DNA of 48,290 nucleotides from Oceanospirillales bacterium LUC14_002_19_P2 (GTDB lineage Bacteria; Pseudomonadota; Gammaproteobacteria; Pseudomonadales; Endozoicomonadaceae): NCBI GenBank assembly GCA_002084115.1, contig MUIA01000174.1, positions 1 to 48,290 of the forward strand, read 5' to 3'. Shown piece by piece: positions 41,101 to 48,290 of this stretch (position 1 is its first letter; each line of letters starts with the position of its first letter). The notes under the pieces were generated by a model. It saw only the letters and a program-made list of their open reading frames with translations, ran no database searches and was not told where the DNA came from. The position numbers and the translations under genes were made by a program.

Positions 41101-44100
41101 TCCCCGTTATGCTCCCATGCCGCTTACACCATACGGACCCTCCGCCCTGTGAGGAAGTTAAATATACCGGGATTGACGTCAAATCACGCAATGAGGAAGA
41201 CGCACAGACCACGTTTGAAGGCATGCGGAATGAGGTAGAGGATCTACTCAATAACTCAGCCGCTGATTTGAAAACCCTCCTTGTTCAGGAAGATGAAAAC
41301 CTGCATAGGGGACGTGTTGAACAACAAATCAGGGATGTCAGCAGCCTCAGAGAACAAATGGAGCCACTGACCCATGTAGGGGATAAATGTTCACAGTCTT
41401 GTATCAAGCGCATCCTTGATGGCTTTGACACCCACATTGAACAACTGGAAGAACAGCAATCCCAGCCTAAATACCATCTGGGTAAGACCTGTCGCACGGC
41501 CAAAGAAAACATTGCACATTTAACAACCAATATTGGCGATCGATTAAATGCCCTGAATGCACGAATAACCGGTATCAGTGACCAACTGACAGAAAGACTG
41601 GCTGATTTTAGGACTGCACCCAACAAAAACGCAGCTATCCGTCATCACATCAAGTCAAATGGCGCCATACCGCTTTCAACACTGATTGCCATTATTGGCA
41701 AGGGCGACCCTACAAAACTCGCCGCATTGCACCCTGAATGGACCCATGAAGAATGTATCGAGGTATTTAACCTGGGCATTGAATATTTGCTCTGTGAAAC
41801 GGAAAAACAACATGCCATTCGTATATTGGCTCTAGTGCATAAACTGGCTGCTCTCCTTGCCCGCTCAGATGACCACGCCCCACTTCCCGACGTTGCCATC
41901 ACCGCACAAGAACAACTGGTTACCATGATTCACCAGGAAAGAGCTTATTCAGGACAGTCCGTGGATAACAAAAGTCAGCTTGAATTCCTGCTGTTTGAAT
42001 ACATTCAAAATATACGGGTACGTAAAGACCAGATTGAATCCTGTCAAAAACTGGAATCAAAAGACAAAATCAACGCAGAAATCCCCACCGGTTCCGGTAA
42101 ATCAACCATCATATTGCCTTATCTCTGTTATAAGGCATTACTCGACGGTCAGTTACCTATCCTTGTCGTTCCATCAGACTTGATAGAACAACAAAAGGAA
42201 ATACTCCGGAAAGGGATCTGCAAGGCGTTCAGCACAGAGCTGGTAGAATTTCATTTCGAAAGGACCCTGGCTCGTGATCCCGATTATATCGACCGGATGC
42301 TGTTGAGACTGAAATCAGCACATCGCGATAAAAAGATCGTACTTTGCAGGATGAACGAATTGCATGCAGTGATCAGCCTTGAACGTAAAGAACTGTTGCA
42401 TTTGATAGAAAGGAGTGATCAGGATACAAGCGAGCTCTTAGAAGCACTGAAAAAGCTGGATGAATTACAACTCTATATTGAAGATAACGGGCGGGGCATC
42501 ATCGACGAATCCAAGACCTGTTTCAACCCCAATCACAGCTATGATTACGCAGTGGGCACTCAGGCAGCACAGCCGGCCACAACGCGTGAAGCGATCAAGC
42601 ACCTTTTCACCTTGATTCTGGAGGTTCTGAGTGAAGAATACAAACTCGACTTCATGCCAGGAGAAACGGGCTCAGACAGCTTAATCACACGGGAAAATTA
42701 TAAAGAAAGCGTCGCGCCTAAATTGGCTGATCGTCTGGTCCCCCATTTTACTCTGCCTGTCATTGAGGATATTGGGCCAGAACTCACAGAGTTGATAAAC
42801 ACGAGATTGACCAAAGACGGATATCCATTTAATCCGGAAAACCTCAAACTTTTAATCCGCTGGGCCATGCACAATGATCTCAGCCAGAGTAATTTAGAAC
42901 CTGATGTCAGAGAGATTCTCGACAGAATTCTGAAAACGCACCCCCAAAGAGAGCTTTACGCCACACTTCGACTCATGATCAGCACAATGGGGCAGACCTT
43001 GACGAGGAAAATCGGCGACAGCTATGGATTGAACGACGACGCCACACGCGTTATACCCTTTACTAATGGTATTCCGAACCCGAAAGCCGAATTTGCCTCA
43101 CCAGAAATGAACATCATTTTAACGGCTCAGGCATTCATGCAAAAAACCATCGATCGGGATATGATGCGCAAGTGGAGCGCTGACCTTTCCACTCTTGAAG
43201 AAGAACTTCCCCCAGAGGAGGTTGTCGCTCATCCACAAATCGAACTTTTCAACGAACTGAAGCGCCGGGGCAACCTTGAAGACGAGATTGCCACCACAAG
43301 TCTGACGGATGTCCAAATCAACCATGTTTGCGAGGTATTCAATCAGCCTGAAAACCTGGATTTGAAACTTGAGTATCTTTGCGAAATCATCCTTCCTGAA
43401 ATGAAACTGTTCACCCGAAAAGTCAATAGTTCAGCCTTTAATATCGTCTCGGCCTTCAAGAATCTGCGCACAGCATCAGGCACTGTCGATCCCAATGTTC
43501 TACCTAATGAGCTGGAAACCATAGAGGCCAAAGAGGCCGTCATACCTAACTTGCTCCAATTGTTGCAAGGCCGGTGGGATGCACCTGCCTCACCCATTCC
43601 CAAAACGACTACCGAGGAGGAACGCCTGCTTAGGATCGCAAGACAACACCGTGGCAATGCTACGGTCATCATTGATGCTGGCGACTGCTTCCGCTCATTG
43701 AGCCATACAACGATTGCCGAGTCCCTGCACAGGGAAATCTATCAACAAGGCAACGGCTGGCTTAATACCCCCATGCAGCAAACCCGGGGCATTATGGTAT
43801 TTGACGCCAAGGGTATTCCATGGGTGAAAAAACGAGAGGGAGGCAACCTGGTTCTTTTTGAAAACTGCGGAATTAAAGCAGAACACCTGACCGTCATCAT
43901 GAAAAAGGCCCAGACAGAAGGCACCGACCAGAAGATGCACCAGAACGCACATGCGGTGGTAACGGTTGATATCACCACCGATCTGCCTTTATGTATCCAG
44001 GCAATAGGCAGAATGCGCCAACTCACCAAAGGCCAATCGGTCGAACTTGCCTATATGGAAGAGCAGGAAGAATTACTGAAGCGTACAGTTGATGGGCATC

Positions 44101-45347
44101 CATGCAGCTATGGTGAGCTTATTCAGCATATGGCCAAAATAGAGAGTCAGCGCATCACCAATCAGGCTATTCCGTTAATGAACAACTACCTGAGAAATAG
44201 CATCGAAAGAATCATCTATATCGATTACCTTCGCGATAATGGTTTCAGTCAAAGCACCATAATGCAATTGATTAAAGACTCCAAAGAATTCATGGTGCCT
44301 ACCACACAAATCGACCCGATGGACTTGATCAGTAGTGAGCGAGAAACCATTAGCCTGGAAGCAATGGCCGAGCGTATTTTTGAAGAATATCGCCCACTTC
44401 TCGAACGCCTCAGGCGTAACCACAGAGGGCTCAGGCAAACGCTTGATATAGAGACGCTTCATACCAAGTACATGAATTTCGTACGCACTCCGGAACGTGT
44501 TTTACCGACAGATGTTGACACCTTGACAGGCGCAGCACGTACAGAAGGCCAGTCTGACTCCACGGTTGAAGTCACCGTAACCCAGAAAAAAGAGCAGGAA
44601 GTTGAAAAAGATGTGACTCCTGCCACAACGCCTTCCTGCCTGGACTATAAGCCATATGACACCATTGAGTGGGATGGCAACTTCATAGATTGGTGTAAGG
44701 ATCACTCTCCTGATTTCCATATCGGCAATGCACCTGTCTTTCTGGGGCCTAATACTAAACTGTTTGCTAAATCCAAATCGTGTATGTTCGGAAGGACGAA
44801 CCCACTTAATCACAAGTACCAAAAACCCATTTATCAAGCGGTTGTCTTCAAACGTACAGGAGAACATCACTGGTCCCTGTTTATTGGCGATATCAGTGAT
44901 ATGGCCTACGTGAAAAAAGACATTGATCAGAAGACGGTAAAAATAAAACCGCCGGAGGTGGCTGTACCATTATCAGAGGAAAGTGAGTATGAAACAGCAG
45001 CTGAAACACTTGAAACTGACACACTGCCGGGGATAGACGATGGATGCTTTATCCACGCGGCAAAATATCCTTACAGGGTATGGGGAGACGGTCAATTCCT
45101 CAATGAGGATTACGCTTCAGATGAAAAATCTGCCATCAATTATTTCCTCAAACTGGCTGGCCTGTCAGGACGATACAGGAAAGAAGATGAAACACAAGCC
45201 TTTGAGCATTTCGCCGAGGCTGGCATCGAAATTTCAGGAATGGTCGATTTCCTTGAGCGTATCAGCAACGGCTATGAGCCATTGGCGGAACCGGTTAAAG
45301 ACCTGAAAAATCTCTGGAATACACACAGGAAGGCAAAAGCTGCCTGA
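35196..45347 (+). CDS. Giant (3383 aa) protein with N-terminal TM segment and DUF3638-type SF2 helicase-like P-loop ATPase; candidate effector
   Basis: Uninterrupted 10.1-kb ORF, visibly AT-richer than its neighbours. Motifs in SF2 order: LLFEYIQNIRVRKDQ, Walker A PTGSGKS (42084-42104), Walker B IIDES (D at 42504), SGT, IIDAG, TEGTD, QAIGRMRQL (43998), then a VEV..QKKEQEVE segment. Confidence 0.8.
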   Translation: MSTPEVITGTDLLTPTDGLTTTGAVTKQVEMETAPFAKRRVSSIRQVVAFFAYLFSTICAAFWWVIAAIALRCRMIANINEHVELQLNHVNNCGLLPSNYEKKREFVEKVAPDTVPALEHVDLPDFNNLCDELHDIEPEAVDTRRLPALNEPPTDRDAELVRMTAGLDLMTGDVGRNFINNLQLNPNDVRIQDTMQQSGLNAVDIDQIPAIFRQFNIAGPIDTAPFVQQAMQHASPSQQALIMGAQMLGRIPRQIKLDDIPGILRGFGITGPQDLSSYIADYIASSGFSRDIPQVDGLDKSLATLDFMIETLNSGTLSTDSHAQRFQANLRRMRNYQFWFSKLKTVPEDVYHPMKRDVLAKIKDDLSEHHQVFIPFNKGREILQLRLETDTQGRQSIRGELILRNDNADDHDLIFRLRRIEEERLRIKNIVFGSIDYKELAESPFMEQLLDGCIRTTCINHSDMISLWPGAIDFEGQEHTFDSGENSNLLALMEENLPSRQRATAKLMMYRKIVHRIDDLIEEIPEPFRSHLENSFANIPEASVFYKKVLRTIDKYKDLGIPETLKNELAELVIKRARMFAKTIETEVALPAQYPSNDRPARHHMVNRSSGPSQQRMTYDPVRWDKLPAYRRDLNNNTVVNFIRDHSAAEQTMARLWANKLRELTNQQVLEHRIEQLPDPSHACWNPENIAENAYPELIDTLIDTLTEFFKHSFYSARAVEDPSTHDSVLALKLFAIIVKLQNEHDQAHTDEASGDLEARAMLIQHYATGIYDACMKTQKFQPVLSVEDRVQREKALQTLKTYAMFDSNGQPDKKYLLLRPADVKSHVQLVYEGVRYNDWYIGNIEALGSNTSDGSDYNKEMVIFQSMIKKHMNRILRTHIMPKINPSNMSFHDYRQMIDHQRNKSVADERQCRIIYHVENNDYDAISNDPELTFWIMKLIYDGNLSRRGSVHTTHDSIDNQFNTYDYPEEMNRFFRLRDLHNAMHNMYMPCRRGQMRHHETERVDNTEATYTFKHVKPYCRENETDGQYYLSAGYGEGDRRRIGDRKDAITETRTVIEKQLGQPQNAFLVGADGELEHPLWTQDRYWEDDQFAKIPPEVITSYREQFQHVNDLSHFQALTFLDKFAHFMHHPTLAALFETTMFSETLPNPSVGRKAVIDLVVQSDADATLFLDMMDPILRKMKINERRPPKKKYTGNYSSLTNTARLRTLRILAGAINHMRNPTTTPSPLSPRVIERAERLLTKVWREELNTLPQSLETEKEHLQHNHTLLVLLSTYPYLQTEDPHRLKTNAVKVLNRILTDNTWRINFDDYVQKYRSAEIGQCANDAIWGWRLLESDYLRFSQTGQLPGTASTQSQSQAQVMEQIEFSVQGNRFITIPSYKVPSVLKEAFTDTNSEKLLTTITFCCDVNDPQADNRIVVIDNTQQSIIGSFYLRGSAQGQFQRWESLPNRRQTLHPVAMKISGDYSDLSDFATLKNKENVSLLWSDPSNRNKPLAMNTLNSEWQFQVDTDGHWYTTNYPDYIITDVSEDCMHLVSRDNPCQRKKIIKHSAGYYSYDTDNKGNVTGYPDGIESMPKYIELILRQDRLNFHDIDLCQNIINRLTQGGNLLNKATRNDIKNLLVDKQYEVNPFVCTLLLKLAAAYHHCNPHHLKKGDLALPIKLLFSQYLSIRKMLDEDRMLTHDDETTLMTAMLNHAKKQTVPIKDREESLSQEGICFLIPRIIIERCRYLDPTLHRELDKWTETIGLMPDWTRGSKCTERCFIKKDAHATDLDWYHNLRLPFHGIDTNALVHHENDPVQIYNMTSPSRERFTLNFLFYYKIARNTRHPKHQQLKQFLANIESQDESVKKLTLFLQLVMERPSYFKAYNRDGIGAPPRPEAFGLPADYDDTLDPYLEHGWSRYSQRLSKREKNYLREKEFHPHKQTLQGQLSWYYWNAYWQNSWKLDAQMRLKTFDRRSRLLSKSTLYLPVMLPCRLHHTDPPPCEEVKYTGIDVKSRNEEDAQTTFEGMRNEVEDLLNNSAADLKTLLVQEDENLHRGRVEQQIRDVSSLREQMEPLTHVGDKCSQSCIKRILDGFDTHIEQLEEQQSQPKYHLGKTCRTAKENIAHLTTNIGDRLNALNARITGISDQLTERLADFRTAPNKNAAIRHHIKSNGAIPLSTLIAIIGKGDPTKLAALHPEWTHEECIEVFNLGIEYLLCETEKQHAIRILALVHKLAALLARSDDHAPLPDVAITAQEQLVTMIHQERAYSGQSVDNKSQLEFLLFEYIQNIRVRKDQIESCQKLESKDKINAEIPTGSGKSTIILPYLCYKALLDGQLPILVVPSDLIEQQKEILRKGICKAFSTELVEFHFERTLARDPDYIDRMLLRLKSAHRDKKIVLCRMNELHAVISLERKELLHLIERSDQDTSELLEALKKLDELQLYIEDNGRGIIDESKTCFNPNHSYDYAVGTQAAQPATTREAIKHLFTLILEVLSEEYKLDFMPGETGSDSLITRENYKESVAPKLADRLVPHFTLPVIEDIGPELTELINTRLTKDGYPFNPENLKLLIRWAMHNDLSQSNLEPDVREILDRILKTHPQRELYATLRLMISTMGQTLTRKIGDSYGLNDDATRVIPFTNGIPNPKAEFASPEMNIILTAQAFMQKTIDRDMMRKWSADLSTLEEELPPEEVVAHPQIELFNELKRRGNLEDEIATTSLTDVQINHVCEVFNQPENLDLKLEYLCEIILPEMKLFTRKVNSSAFNIVSAFKNLRTASGTVDPNVLPNELETIEAKEAVIPNLLQLLQGRWDAPASPIPKTTTEEERLLRIARQHRGNATVIIDAGDCFRSLSHTTIAESLHREIYQQGNGWLNTPMQQTRGIMVFDAKGIPWVKKREGGNLVLFENCGIKAEHLTVIMKKAQTEGTDQKMHQNAHAVVTVDITTDLPLCIQAIGRMRQLTKGQSVELAYMEEQEELLKRTVDGHPCSYGELIQHMAKIESQRITNQAIPLMNNYLRNSIERIIYIDYLRDNGFSQSTIMQLIKDSKEFMVPTTQIDPMDLISSERETISLEAMAERIFEEYRPLLERLRRNHRGLRQTLDIETLHTKYMNFVRTPERVLPTDVDTLTGAARTEGQSDSTVEVTVTQKKEQEVEKDVTPATTPSCLDYKPYDTIEWDGNFIDWCKDHSPDFHIGNAPVFLGPNTKLFAKSKSCMFGRTNPLNHKYQKPIYQAVVFKRTGEHHWSLFIGDISDMAYVKKDIDQKTVKIKPPEVAVPLSEESEYETAAETLETDTLPGIDDGCFIHAAKYPYRVWGDGQFLNEDYASDEKSAINYFLKLAGLSGRYRKEDETQAFEHFAEAGIEISGMVDFLERISNGYEPLAEPVKDLKNLWNTHRKAKAA

Positions 45348-45355
45348 TGAGGCAA

Positions 45356-45390
45356 ATGCGATAAGCAACCTGGCTGGTTGCTTATCGCAT
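45356..45390. terminator. Perfect 15-bp hairpin between the convergent giant ORF and ppc (likely bidirectional terminator)
   Basis: ATGCGATAAGCAACC / GGTTGCTTATCGCAT with a 5-nt loop. Confidence 0.75.
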
Positions 45391-45406
45391 GACGTCGTAT
45401 CACTGA

Positions 45407-48040
45407 TTATCCGGTATTACGCATTCCCGCTGCGATGCCTGCGATTGTCAACATCAGCGCCCGTTCAACGGATGGATTCACTGAATCCGGCTGATGCCTC
45501 GCACGGTACAGCAGCTCTGCCTGCAATACATGCAGGGGATCGGAATACGGATTGCGCAATTCAATCGCCTGACGCACCCAGGGATCCTGCTCCAGGAACG
45601 GATGACCATCCTTGAGTTCAACCATCACAGCAACAGCATCAGCGAGCATCTGCCGAAGTTTCTGTCCCAGACTTCGCAGATTTTCAGGCACCAGGCATTC
45701 TTCGTAATATTCTGCAGTTTCCGCATCGGATTTCAGGTAAACCATTTCCAGCAGCTCGAGCCGTGCCCGGAAAAAAGGCCACTGCCGGATCATTTCGGCC
45801 AAAACGGCCTTATGGCCAGACTCAATAGCACGACGCAATGCCACACCGCTTCCCAGCCATGCCGGCAACATTAAACGACACTGTGTCCAGGCAAAAATCC
45901 AGGGAATAGCCCGCAGGCTTTCAACACCACCATCCGGACGACGCTTGGCGGGGCGACTGCCCAGTGGCAATCTACCCAGCTCCTGTTCCGGTGTCGCCGC
46001 CCGGAAGTACGGCACAAAATCCGGTTCCTCACGGACTATTCCACGGTAAGTTGCCAGGGATTCCTGTGTCATCTGATCCATGAGTTGGCGCCATGCAGGC
46101 TCAGGGGCTGGCGGCGGCAACAATGTCGCTTCCAGCGCTGCGCTGGCATATAGCGAAAGGCTTTGCACCGCAATAGCAGGGAAACCAAACTTGAACCGGA
46201 TCATCTCCCCCTGCTCCGTCACCCGTAGATAACCGGCAACTGACCCTGGAGGCTGGGAAAGAATAGCAGCATGTGCAGGACCACCACCACGCCCTACGGT
46301 TCCCCCACGACCATGGAACAGTGTCAAACCAATACCCGCTTTGTCACAGATAGCCGTCAATCCTTCCATTGCTCGGTATTGCGCCCATGCCGCCGCCATC
46401 TGGCCGGCGTCCTTGGCAGAATCCGAGTAACCGATCATGACCATCTGTCGATTACCCGCATAATCCCGGTACCAGGGCAATGACAGCAACGTCTGCATGG
46501 CGGTTTCAGTATGTTCCAGATCCGCAAGGGTCTCAAACAGTGGAGCGACCGGCATATTAAAACGACAACCGGTTTCCCTTAGCAACAGGATGACGGATAA
46601 AACGTCTGATGGCTCACGGGCCATGGATATCACGTAAGACCCCAATCGCTCCTGCTTCTGGGTCGCAATCACGCGACAGGTATCCAACACTTCCTGTACT
46701 TCATCGGAAGGCTGCCAAGCCATGGGAATTAATGGTCGACGGTTGTCCAGCTCTGCCAGCAGAAACGCCTGACGCTCCTGCTCAGTCCATTGCACATAAT
46801 CCCCCAGCCCCAGGTATTGGGTCAGCTCCGAGAGAACCCCCGTATGACGCGCGGCTTCCTGACGTATATCGAGCCTGACCAGCCCCAGTCCGAAACAGCG
46901 GGCACGGCGCAGCAGATCCAGTAATGGGCCTCGGGCAATCACAGACAGGCCAACGTCGCACAGTGAGTCATAACAAATCTGAAGGGGGGCAACTAACGCT
47001 TCATCACTCTCCAGGATACCGTCGTCTGAAGCATCCCGCCCTGCCAGTTTCTGTTCGCAATAACGGCGTGTCGCCTTGAGGCGTTCCCGCAATTCCTTCA
47101 GCACCAGACGATAAGGTTCGTGGCTGCCACGGGCCTGGTAACTCAGGTCCGGGGAGCATTCCGCCATTGACAGCTCACTGATCAATGGCTGTAGCTCGCG
47201 GAGAAACATGTCTGCCGCCATCCAGCGGCTCAGAAACAGCACCTCACGGGTCACCGCGGCCGTGACATTCGGGTTCCCGTCACGATCGCCTCCCATCCAG
47301 GAAGCAAACCGAACCGGCATGGCATCCTGTGGTAGATGATAGCCGGTATATTGATGCAGTCGTTCATCCAGCTGCCGCAGAAACTCCGGCAACGCATGCC
47401 AGAGTGAGTGCTCTACCGTGGCATATCCCCATTTGGCTTCATCAACAGGCGTCGGCCGATGACTGCGAATTTCTTCGGTATGCCAGATCTGACCAATCAA
47501 CTGCTCAAGGCGATTGACCAGACGCTCACGCTCCCGCGGCAACAGGTCGGAATGTTCCATTTGTGTCAGGCACTCCGTAATTTCAGAGTGCTTTTGAATG
47601 ACGGTTCTGCGAGTTACCTCTGTGGGGTGAGCAGTGAGCACCAGCTCAATGGTCATTGCGGCAACACTGTCGCGGATCTGCTCTGGTGTAAACTGACGGG
47701 ATTTCAGGCGGACAAAGAGTTCATCCAGCTTATCGGGAACGCAAACATCCTGCTCACACTGACGCGATACGGTATGAAACTGTTCCGCGATATTGGCAAG
47801 ATTAAGAAACTGGGTAAAAGCACGGGTGACGGGCACCAGCTGGCTGTCATCGAGGTTTTTCAGCAAAGCCACCAGTTTTGCATGATCGGCCTCATTGCCT
47901 TCACGGCCTGATTTTGACAAATGGCGGATCTGTTCGATCTGGTCAAGAAACTCGTCACCCAAATGCGCCTTGATGGTATTGCCCAGCAATTCTCCCATCA
48001 GGTGAACATTGCTTTTGAGTGCTGACTGCTCGCTGGTCAT
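45407..48040 (-). CDS. ppc: Phosphoenolpyruvate carboxylase
   Basis: VLTAHPTE, WMGGDRDGNP, MIGYSDSAKDAG, FHGRGGTVGRGG, LRAIPWIF, C-terminal MRNTG. Confidence 0.98.
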   Translation of the reverse strand: MTSEQSALKSNVHLMGELLGNTIKAHLGDEFLDQIEQIRHLSKSGREGNEADHAKLVALLKNLDDSQLVPVTRAFTQFLNLANIAEQFHTVSRQCEQDVCVPDKLDELFVRLKSRQFTPEQIRDSVAAMTIELVLTAHPTEVTRRTVIQKHSEITECLTQMEHSDLLPRERERLVNRLEQLIGQIWHTEEIRSHRPTPVDEAKWGYATVEHSLWHALPEFLRQLDERLHQYTGYHLPQDAMPVRFASWMGGDRDGNPNVTAAVTREVLFLSRWMAADMFLRELQPLISELSMAECSPDLSYQARGSHEPYRLVLKELRERLKATRRYCEQKLAGRDASDDGILESDEALVAPLQICYDSLCDVGLSVIARGPLLDLLRRARCFGLGLVRLDIRQEAARHTGVLSELTQYLGLGDYVQWTEQERQAFLLAELDNRRPLIPMAWQPSDEVQEVLDTCRVIATQKQERLGSYVISMAREPSDVLSVILLLRETGCRFNMPVAPLFETLADLEHTETAMQTLLSLPWYRDYAGNRQMVMIGYSDSAKDAGQMAAAWAQYRAMEGLTAICDKAGIGLTLFHGRGGTVGRGGGPAHAAILSQPPGSVAGYLRVTEQGEMIRFKFGFPAIAVQSLSLYASAALEATLLPPPAPEPAWRQLMDQMTQESLATYRGIVREEPDFVPYFRAATPEQELGRLPLGSRPAKRRPDGGVESLRAIPWIFAWTQCRLMLPAWLGSGVALRRAIESGHKAVLAEMIRQWPFFRARLELLEMVYLKSDAETAEYYEECLVPENLRSLGQKLRQMLADAVAVMVELKDGHPFLEQDPWVRQAIELRNPYSDPLHVLQAELLYRARHQPDSVNPSVERALMLTIAGIAAGMRNTG

Positions 48041-48177
48041 AAACCTTTATGTCCTGTACGGATTGGTTAACAAGTGCCACGTTTTCAAGAAAACCCTTTG
48101 TAACCTGAACCAGCGGGTTTGCCAAGTCAATAAACATAACATCTGTAACAGCAATATCACCGTCATGGAAGGCTAAG

Positions 48178-48206
48178 TTACCCCTGATGGTTGGTTGACC
48201 TATACT
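48178..48206 (+). promoter_or_regulatory. Possible sigma70 promoter for a gene divergent from ppc
   Basis: TTACCC (48178-48183), 17-nt spacer, TATACT (48201-48206). Confidence 0.35.
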
Positions 48207-48240
48207 CCCTGAACCATCCGGCTATCAGGGGATGACTGTT

Positions 48241-48290
48241 ATGAATTCCAGGCTCTTTCAAAATTTCATTGATGCGATTTCGTTATTAAC
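48241..48290 (+). CDS. Possible start of a gene running off the window
   Basis: ATG 48241, 9 nt after AGGGG. Frame open to the end (MNSRLFQNFIDAISLL...). Too short to identify. Confidence 0.3.
   Translation, partial: MNSRLFQNFIDAISLL

Overview
Gammaproteobacterial chromosomal segment with a Pseudomonadales/Oceanospirillales-like gene order; a host-associated Endozoicomonadaceae-type organism is my inference, not shown directly. The housekeeping backbone is rnfABCDGE ... nth-dapE-rlmA-hypothetical-plsB on + and ppc ... adk-tsaB-uppP-rsmJ-ppiC on -. It also carries a complete Wsp-like chemosensory/c-di-GMP operon with unusual features: two MCPs with near-identical signalling domains, a His-less extra Hpt in WspE, a WspF receiver lacking its phospho-Asp, and a downstream pseudo-receiver. 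Three solitary eukaryote-like genes sit among the conserved genes. (1) A 948-aa protein with a complete RING1-IBR-RING2 (RBR) E3 ubiquitin ligase module, an intact catalytic Cys and a Cys-rich N-terminus lies between rnfE and nth; this is the most striking finding. (2) A 3383-aa protein with an N-terminal TM segment and a DUF3638-type SF2 helicase-like ATPase lies between adk and ppc. (3) A choline/carnitine O-acyltransferase appears 5'-truncated by an IS whose end lies at the window start. Also present: an aldB with an in-frame TAG at codon 19, a strongly structured rnfA leader, and a (GAAAA)5 repeat upstream of the wsp operon. No rRNA, tRNA or CRISPR array was seen. All family calls come from motif recognition by eye; no database searches were run.
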